Shown here in pieces: positions 59,128 to 64,000 of a stretch of DNA of 64,000 bases; position 1 is the first letter of the stretch, and the number at the start of each line of letters is the position of its first letter. The DNA comes from an uncultured Gammaproteobacteria bacterium (GTDB lineage Bacteria > Pseudomonadota > Gammaproteobacteria > DRLM01), in assembly GCA_963729605.1 (NCBI GenBank), contig CAVSNY010000005.1, positions 96,001 through 160,000 of the forward strand, in the 5' to 3' direction. A program made the position numbers and the translations under genes. The notes under the pieces were generated by a model. The model was not told the origin of the DNA and searched no databases. It was given only the letters and a program-made list of their open reading frames with translations.

Positions 59128-60186
59128 TCAGGCCGAAATCGCGCGGGATACCATTGAGTTCCACCCCGGCGGCAACTGCGCCTGCTGCCTGCCGATCCGC
59201 GCGACCAGGTCGTACCAGCTTAGAAAAAAGGGCTTGCTTGCCTGGGTGACGCTGGCATAGGCGTCGCCGCACAGTTGATAAAAGGCGGCCTGTCGCTGGC
59301 TACGCCATGCCGCCATCAGATTTTCCAGGCGCGCCTGTTTGAGGTTGCCCAGCGCATAAGCCCGCGGAAAACCATACTGCATCGGTACTACCGTTCCATC
59401 CGCTTCGATGATCAAAGGAGAAACGAGGTCCGCGAAGCGTGTTTCCGCCGCGGCGGTGGTGGGTGCGGCATACACCATGGTCGGGTTGGCCCGCAAAACT
59501 TCGCTGGAAATCAGGTCGATTTGTATCGACAACTTGCCCTCCAACATCTGCTGCATCCGCCGTCCCAGCAGCCAAGCATACGCAGTCTCAATATCATCGG
59601 GGCTCGCGCCCTTCATCTGTTTCTGGGCGTAACCCACTTCGTCGAGCGGGTGGACCTGCACCAGCTTTGCGCCTTGTTCGAGAGCGAATTGCACGACCCA
59701 TTGCAACTCGTGGAGATTGTGCTGGGTCAGCGTAAAAATAAAGCCGAAATTCAGTTTATATTCACGCAGAGACTCCAGGCGTGATGCCATGAGTTCAAAG
59801 GCCCGCGACGAGCCGCGGATGGTATTATGCGACTCGGGCACGCCATCGACGCTGATCGCGATAAGATCGGTGACCCCGGCCAAGGCATCGAGACGGCGGG
59901 CGTCGAGCAGCATGCCGTTACTGGCGATAGCCGTCTGCATGCCGCAGACCTTGGCATGCGTCAGCAGCGCGGCCAATTGCGGATACATCACGGGTTCGCC
60001 GCCGGAGATACTGGCCCAGTTGTAACCCGCTGCAACGGCATCGTTTAGCGCATTGAACAGCAGCGCGCTGTCCAACATGTCGCGTTCATCTGGAGATGAG
60101 GAGGAATAGCAATGGAGACAACGCAGATTGCAACGTCTGGTCGGGTGAATCTGTACCACTCGAGTTGATCCGGTCGGCCCCATCAT
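59128..60186 (-). CDS. Radical SAM enzyme, putative RiPP maturase with a Cys-less SPASM/twitch-like C-terminus
   Basis: CNLRCLHC motif, SGGEP, SNG, ISVDG..ESH..IRG; C-terminal LIIEADGTVVPM...LGNL. Confidence 0.93.
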   Translation of the reverse strand: MMGPTGSTRVVQIHPTRRCNLRCLHCYSSSSPDERDMLDSALLFNALNDAVAAGYNWASISGGEPVMYPQLAALLTHAKVCGMQTAIASNGMLLDARRLDALAGVTDLIAISVDGVPESHNTIRGSSRAFELMASRLESLREYKLNFGFIFTLTQHNLHELQWVVQFALEQGAKLVQVHPLDEVGYAQKQMKGASPDDIETAYAWLLGRRMQQMLEGKLSIQIDLISSEVLRANPTMVYAAPTTAAAETRFADLVSPLIIEADGTVVPMQYGFPRAYALGNLKQARLENLMAAWRSQRQAAFYQLCGDAYASVTQASKPFFLSWYDLVARIGRQQAQLPPGWNSMVSRAISA

Positions 60187-60216
60187 ACTATCCTCCTCGT
60201 TGTCGCAAGAACGGGT

Positions 60217-60444
60217 TTAACCCAATTTGGCCAGTTGCTTCATTCCACCCAGCTGGGCGGGGTTGGTAGCAGGGAATTGGTTTTGCACCAACAGTTCCGG
60301 CCAGGGGATGCCCTTCGGAAACACGGTGTACCAACCGCTAACGCTGGCGCCGCCGGCCACTTGCTCGATTTCTTCCCGAGTCAAGGTTTCGTAATCGCCG
60401 CACTGCATCCGCAATTGTTCCGAACCACGTAATTTTGTTGACAT
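60217..60444 (-). CDS. RiPP precursor peptide with double-glycine leader (75 aa)
   Basis: AAGGAGAG RBS before ATG 60444; leader ends LTREEIEQVAGG; core ASVSGWYTVFPKGIPWPELLVQNQFPATNPAQLGGMKQLAKLG; first gene of the operon with the rSAM, HlyD and PCAT genes. Confidence 0.88.
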   Translation of the reverse strand: MSTKLRGSEQLRMQCGDYETLTREEIEQVAGGASVSGWYTVFPKGIPWPELLVQNQFPATNPAQLGGMKQLAKLG

Positions 60445-61160
60445 GACGCTCTCCTTAAATTGATGAATTAACAAAATTGCCCGGTACACGGCGGCAATTC
60501 GTGCTTGATCCGGCCGCACACCATCGCCGCCTACGTTAGGCGATCCACCCAACGAGGCGCTGTGATGAATTGCCACACGAGCTTGTGATTAATTCACACC
60601 CGTGGGAATAGCAAAAATGCGGTAGAAGGTTTACGGAGCCACCCTGCGTAGGGATACGACGAAGAACAGGGCATTTTTTATGAAACACCAAAACAGTGTT
60701 TATCTGAAGAAAGAATAACGGATTAATCGGCGTGATAGCGCACGGACAATGCATTCCTGCGCTAGCTTAAGAAGAGAATCGCACCTCTCGACACGCTCTC
60801 CATGCTTGGACACACCCATCGCATGTATCCCCGCGCAAGCCGCGGGGAGTTTTAAGATTAAAAGTGGAGACCGGTCTCGATGAATCACTCGATGAAGGAA
60901 GTGTTCATGTGACGTTAAGCCAGGCGATGTGTCAGCTCCATCAGAAAATTATTCGCACATCCGTATTAACAATCGACCTCGGTCTTGCGACCTTGCTTCC
61001 TTTTTGTCCCAGGACATCCTGCATGCACCCGGGGCGCGACTACGTAACGTATCGGGAAGCATCACGATGACTGCCCCTCTTCGTGCCTAGTCCGACTTTT
61101 GTCGTTCTCGCTTCGCCTCCTCGGCTCGTCGGTAGTTATCACACCGGCATCGGCAGCCAT

Positions 61161-61177
61161 CGCACCATTTTTGTCCG
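61161..61177. promoter_or_regulatory. Possible NtrC-type upstream activator site
   Basis: CGCACCATTTTTGTCCG versus consensus TGCACCANNNTGGTGCA (4 mismatches), about 110-125 bp upstream of the sigma54 promoter. Confidence 0.35.
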
Positions 61178-61285
61178 ACTTCTCCATAAAAAATTTCATA
61201 AAGCAAGTAGATTTTTTGGCGCGTTCGAAAAAAATCTATCATGCGATTAAATAGATATCTTCAAATAAAGGATATAACTCGATCA

Positions 61286-61301
61286 TGGCATCAAGATTGC
61301 T
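61286..61301 (+). promoter_or_regulatory. Sigma54 (-24/-12) promoter
   Basis: TGGCAT-CAAGA-TTGCT, near consensus TGGCAC-N5-TTGCW, 35 bp upstream of ATG 61336. Confidence 0.8.
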
Positions 61302-61335
61302 GAAAACAACTTTATGCTTCTGAGAGGACATAACG

Positions 61336-61575
61336 ATGCATCAACAAATTGTGATTGTTGACGACGCTAATGAACGCACTATTCTCATCGCACAAGCTCT
61401 CCGAGAGAGCGGTTACGGCGTGACTACTTTATATAGCAGAGATAACAAGGCGCTATATAAAAAACTATGCCGATTGAAGGCGGACTTTTTATTGATCGGC
61501 GACGATGTCGTCATTGATCTCAAGTCGGATTACGGCAGACATGTATTAAACGAAATGGCCATCTCCGGTCAGTAG
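61336..61575 (+). CDS. Small receiver-like protein resembling the N-terminus of NasT/ANTAR regulators
   Basis: IVIVDD..ER..LI..AL.ESGY.V start, GAGAGGA RBS and sigma54 promoter; only 79 aa with no output domain. Confidence 0.6.
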   Translation: MHQQIVIVDDANERTILIAQALRESGYGVTTLYSRDNKALYKKLCRLKADFLLIGDDVVIDLKSDYGRHVLNEMAISGQ

Positions 61576-61631
61576 TTTTTTCCATTGTAAATTTTTACTG
61601 TTTCTCTTCAAATTCATGCCAAGACTACAAG

Positions 61632-62693
61632 TTAAACATCTTGTATTTTTGGAATGTTAATTCGCAATTCAAATTTTTCACTATCAAGGTTTAACAAGGT
61701 CACGCCCCCCAGATTAGCCAGGTCGTTTCTAGCCATATAAACGGCGACCGTATTTCGATCAATCGCGAATTCGGCAAGAACGGTGTTAAACATCATATCC
61801 AAATCTTTATCCGAAAATTCATTACGAGCGCCGTTCATTGATACTACATAATGATCATTCTCCATAAGGGCACTTCCGTATAGGGTTCCACCTTTTTTTG
61901 TAGCCTCAACAGTCGCCATTACAATATGAAATAATGAACGGCGGATGGCAGACTTTTCGCATTTGACAGGCATTGAATCCTGAGATGGCCGCCAGACAAA
62001 TTTAATACCTTTAAGTCGTGCCGTTGTTTTAACAAGGCCATACACATCTTCAAGTATTTCTCTTATATCGTAAGCTTCCTGGACGCCAGGCGTAGGGTCC
62101 AATATTTCGAGTAACATTTGCAACGATTTGTCAAGATTATAAACTTGCTTGATCGGCATCCTTAAAAGACTTTGCGACCCCTCTTCAATTACACTTGGAG
62201 CTCTTTTGTATGCTAAGTCTACGGCGCTCTTAGTTAGCTCCAAATCCACCACGATGCTATTTAAACGCCCCCTGATGTCGTGTACAAACCCTGGAAATAC
62301 ATTTGAAAATATCCTATAACAGGCGGCCTGATATAAGTCGGTAATATCAATGCATGAATCAATTACATTTTTCTCCACCATGAACTGATAACGGTCGCTT
62401 GATTCATCTATTCGAAATAGATGACATCTAAATGTATTCCGCAGACCCGCATCGTTTTCAAACATCGTGAAATTAGAATAATTAGACCCCTTATCAGCCA
62501 TGTGACCGATTGCTTCCACGATACGAAAAATCACCGCCTTAGAGATAATGCCTTGAAAATGTTCCGTCCCATCATTGTCAAGACAGCCCTTTTTTAATAA
62601 AGTCAATATAATTTGGCCGACGGCTATCGTTCCACCTCCATCGGCCCTTACGAGACCGGCATTAGAGATAATCGGAACCACTTTTAATGCCAT
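61632..62693 (-). CDS. Atypical histidine-kinase-like protein (HisKA H-box, degenerate HATPase)
   Basis: FVHDIRGRLNSI H-box and kinase-like spacing, but no recognisable N/G1/G2 boxes; GAAGGA RBS before ATG 62693; divergent from a response regulator. Confidence 0.6.
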   Translation of the reverse strand: MALKVVPIISNAGLVRADGGGTIAVGQIILTLLKKGCLDNDGTEHFQGIISKAVIFRIVEAIGHMADKGSNYSNFTMFENDAGLRNTFRCHLFRIDESSDRYQFMVEKNVIDSCIDITDLYQAACYRIFSNVFPGFVHDIRGRLNSIVVDLELTKSAVDLAYKRAPSVIEEGSQSLLRMPIKQVYNLDKSLQMLLEILDPTPGVQEAYDIREILEDVYGLVKTTARLKGIKFVWRPSQDSMPVKCEKSAIRRSLFHIVMATVEATKKGGTLYGSALMENDHYVVSMNGARNEFSDKDLDMMFNTVLAEFAIDRNTVAVYMARNDLANLGGVTLLNLDSEKFELRINIPKIQDV

Positions 62694-63027
62694 TGGATAT
62701 ATTCCTTCGGTATCATCCATGCGTGCTCACAAATATACCCATATAAATCATAATTAATTACTTGCGTACTCTTTTAGATCGATATTCTATATAATCAGCC
62801 AGCATCTCAATTTAAAGCAATTTTTATCCCAACTTAATTTAATATGTTTTTCACTGAAACTCAGATAAGCCAAACCTGGCTAACTTACCGGATTGCTTAA
62901 CCCGGCTAATTTTGAGATACCAGGATCTCCCTTCCTGGTAAAATCGCCTTCACAAAATTTCTCTGCAATGATGTTGATTGGCAGCGCATAAAAGTACTTT
63001 AACTGCAAAGTTTCATGGATGACCCAT

Positions 63028-64000
63028 ATGCCATACGCCTTGATAGTCGATGACGATGTAGACTTTACGCCTTCTTTAGCACGACTCATTCAGCAAGAAG
63101 GATACAGTGTTCGTATTGCAAAAACTTTGGAAGAAGCGCGTCAGGAGTTGCGGGAAGGTATACCGGACGTCGCCCTTATAGATCTATTGCTTCCCGACGG
63201 GGATGGCATTCAACTGGTGCGAGAATTAACGCTTACTGGTTCAACCAAGGTTTTAGTCATCACTGGTTATGCGGGGGTTGATAACGCAGTAGCCGCGCTT
63301 CGCGCCGGCGTCACTGATTATCTGCAAAAACCATTCGATATTGATCAACTAAAAAAACAACTGCGTATTACAAAAAATGAACTGGCGAACCATACTAACA
63401 CCAGCGCTCTTTCTGAGGGCATGGAGATCAATAGTCTACTGGGACAATCCCCACAAATACAGACGGTTCACAATCTTATCGAAAAAGTATCTTCTACCGA
63501 AACCACTGTTTTCATATACGGTGAAAGTGGAACTGGAAAAGAACTTGTAGCCCATGCAATACACAGCATGAGTGCGCGCAGTAACCAGCCTTTTATTGCC
63601 ATTAATTGTGCTGCAATTTCCCCTCAATTAATCGCTACCGAATTTTTTGGTCATGAAAAAGGGGCTTTTACCGATGCGCATTCATTGCATAAAGGATGCT
63701 TTGAACGCGCAGAGGGTGGTACTTTATTTCTTGATGAAGTAACCGAAATGCCCATCGACCTACAGGTGCAGCTTCTCCGCGCTTTGGAATCAAGGCGTAT
63801 TATGCGGGTTGGAGGAACTAAAGAAATCGATATCGATATTAGAATTATTGCGGCAACTAACCGCCCTCCCCATTATGCGGTTGAGGAAGGGAAACTTCGC
63901 GAAGATCTGCTGTTTCGTCTAATGGTATTTCCAATTTATTTACCGCCGCTACGAGAGCGTCAAGGCGACATTATTCATCTCGCCAAGAATTTCTTATCCG
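63028..64000 (+). CDS. NtrC-family sigma54-dependent response regulator (partial; runs off the window)
   Basis: Read directly because it is absent from the ORF track: MPYALIVDDD receiver, IDLLLPDGDG, GESGTGKE, INCAA, FGHEKGAFTDA, GTLFLDE, RIIAATN, REDLLFRL. Alternative start at 63019. Confidence 0.93.
   Translation, partial: MPYALIVDDDVDFTPSLARLIQQEGYSVRIAKTLEEARQELREGIPDVALIDLLLPDGDGIQLVRELTLTGSTKVLVITGYAGVDNAVAALRAGVTDYLQKPFDIDQLKKQLRITKNELANHTNTSALSEGMEINSLLGQSPQIQTVHNLIEKVSSTETTVFIYGESGTGKELVAHAIHSMSARSNQPFIAINCAAISPQLIATEFFGHEKGAFTDAHSLHKGCFERAEGGTLFLDEVTEMPIDLQVQLLRALESRRIMRVGGTKEIDIDIRIIAATNRPPHYAVEEGKLREDLLFRLMVFPIYLPPLRERQGDIIHLAKNFLS

Noticed and set aside
59128-60186. Assignment as PqqE, MftC, NirJ or a sacti/ranthipeptide maturase
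   Set aside because: It has no SPASM cysteines or pathway partner genes, and the peptide core has no Cys.
60445-61160. Additional precursor peptides or a sigma54 promoter for the RiPP operon
   Set aside because: The listed small ORFs have no GG leader or RBS, and no correctly spaced -24/-12 motif was found on the minus strand.

Overview
High-GC gammaproteobacterial chromosome segment, mostly housekeeping. In order: wzi-like and comEA; the pyrF-lapB-lapA-ihfB-rpsA-cmk-aroA-tyrA-aroF-pheA-serA-serC-gyrA superoperon; mtnA, ompA-like, mtaD-like, ubiG, gph, rmuC; squalene genes hpnCDE; an orphan MshEN-type PilB/GspE ATPase opposite a diguanylate cyclase; aguA-aguB and a second type I-beta DAHP synthase; a Crp/Fnr regulator and a PAS-GAF-GGDEF-EAL protein; truD-ispF-ispD-ftsB-eno-kdsA-pyrG; yccA and a DMT transporter; dapC-dapD-yffB-dapE and a PilZ protein. 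The standout is a compact four-gene RiPP cluster at 55.7-60.4 kb: a 75-aa double-glycine precursor with a Cys-free aromatic/Pro-rich core (WYTVFPKGIPWPE), a radical SAM enzyme whose SPASM/twitch-like region lacks its cysteines, an HlyD adaptor and a C39-peptidase ABC exporter. It borders an AT-rich sigma54 regulatory island. Intergenic DNA carries at least four small repeat families (REP-like clusters, a 157-bp TTAA-flanked MITE, a ~130-bp dispersed element, short-period inverted elements), and one palindrome lies in frame inside mtnA. Two single-base insertions disrupt mtaD and the start of ubiG. All calls come from reading motifs by eye; no database searches were run.
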